In this document: one piece after another, positions 62,860 to 64,000 of the stretch | Position numbering within the stretch: the first letter of the stretch is position 1 | Layout: every line of letters starts with the position of its first letter | Source: Chiloscyllium plagiosum | Taxonomy: Eukaryota | Length of the DNA stretch: 64,000 bases | Assembly (NCBI RefSeq): GCF_004010195.1 | Contig: NC_057719.1 | Location: 36,767,442-36,831,441 of the forward strand | Reading direction: 5' to 3' | Position numbers and translations under genes: made by a program | Notes under the pieces: model-generated | Told to the model about the DNA's origin: nothing | What the model saw: the letters and a program-made list of their open reading frames with translations, nothing else | The model's database searches: none

Positions 62860-64000
62860 CACACTCTTTCATCAAACGTCACACATTATTGTTCTCACTG
62901 CTTTGTGGCCATACATCTGGAGGGTTCCTGCCACTGTGTGCCATGCCCATTCCTCTACCCTTCAACCAGGGGGTTGAATCATCTTGACCTCTCTGGAGCT
63001 CTACATACCAAGCTTCAACCAACCTGATTCACTCCATGCAATATCAAGAAAGAGTTGGAGGTACAGGATACTGCAAATGCTGCAGGCCCTGACAATATCC
63101 AGCAATAGTATTCAAAATTCCTGCTCCAGAACTTGTTGCACTGCTGCCCCAGCTGTTCCAATACAGCCACAATACTGCCATCAACCTCGCAAAGTAAATA
63201 ATTACCCAGGTATGTCTTGTACACAGAAAGGATGACGCACCCTATCCGGCCAATTACTGCCCCATCAACCTCATTTTAATCAACAGCAAAGTGTTGGAAG
63301 TGGTGTCGGCAATGCTGTCTAGTGGTATTTGCTAAGAAATAACCTTCAGTTTGCGTTCTGCCAAGGCCACTCAAATCATGACCTCCTCACAGCCTTTGTT
63401 CAAAGACAATTTGGTTTTCCTTATCTACAATAAGATTAAAATCACCCATAATTAATGTGCCCTTTTTTTGCATGCCCTTTTATCTCCTGATTTGTTCCCT
63501 GTCCTACAGAATAGCTACTGTCAGGAAGCATTTACGTTACTCCCACCAGTTCTTTCTTTTTGTTATTTCTTACTCTCACCCCAATGGATTCAACATCTTC
63601 CAATTCAAGATCATTTCTTGTAATTGTACTTATTCAATCCCATACCAACCCATCACACTTTCCATCCTGCTTATGTTTTCAAAATGTTATATACTCCTGA
63701 ATATGTAATTTTCCAGCTTTGACATCCTTGCAACCATTTCTTCCTAATGCCTATTAAGTCATATCATTACTTGTGCCAATAATTCATTAATTTTGGTTTG
63801 AATACTTTGCACATTTAAGTAATGAGAATGATTAGGATGAGTTGCTTTATTGTGATCTGGAGGATATTGAGACAAACAAGTGGCTGTGGGCCTATTTAAG
63901 GAAGATTCAAATTTAGTGAGGCAACTGCAGAGTAGTAAGGCAGAGGAGCTATTAGGCAGGGGAATAGGGAGAAAGGGCAAAAGATTGGATGAAGGACAGG
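62860..64000. mobile_element. Decayed L2/CR1-clade fragments
   Basis: Plus strand AAGPDNI and PANYCPINL (~63080-63270); minus strand YLNVQSIQTKINEL (endonuclease start). Confidence 0.65.

Overview
Vertebrate genomic DNA, almost certainly from a cartilaginous fish (shark): it is full of HE1-type V-SINEs, CR1/HER1-type LINEs and Penelope-like elements (PLEs). One host gene is supported: SLC25A29 (mitochondrial basic amino acid carrier), + strand, 4 coding exons (10733-10766, 43390-43433, 45901-45984, 54779-55522; 906 nt, 301 aa) with a 32.6 kb first intron. Almost every other ORF in the track is a decayed transposon piece or noise. Mobile elements include the 5' LTR and tRNA-Ser primer-binding site (PBS) of an ERV-like element at the left edge, a complete decayed Gypsy element with both LTRs and a 5-bp target-site duplication (TSD), a rearranged L1, a PIF/Harbinger relic, several SINE families and many PLE pieces carrying minimal hammerhead-ribozyme motifs. 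The most unusual signals are structural: (i) two local inversions with PLE sequence at a breakpoint, (ii) a 201-bp, ~98% identical inverted templated duplication, (iii) short ORF-less hammerhead-bearing PLE termini, some as back-to-back inverted pairs, (iv) a triplicated TATA-containing block in the LTR, (v) a tandem array of tRNA-like Pol III modules upstream of the gene. I see no evidence for a new protein-coding system. Repeat family names come from motif recognition, not database searches, and most repeat boundaries are approximate. Two N-gaps (3929-4152, 6294-6641) limit interpretation near 3.5-7 kb.
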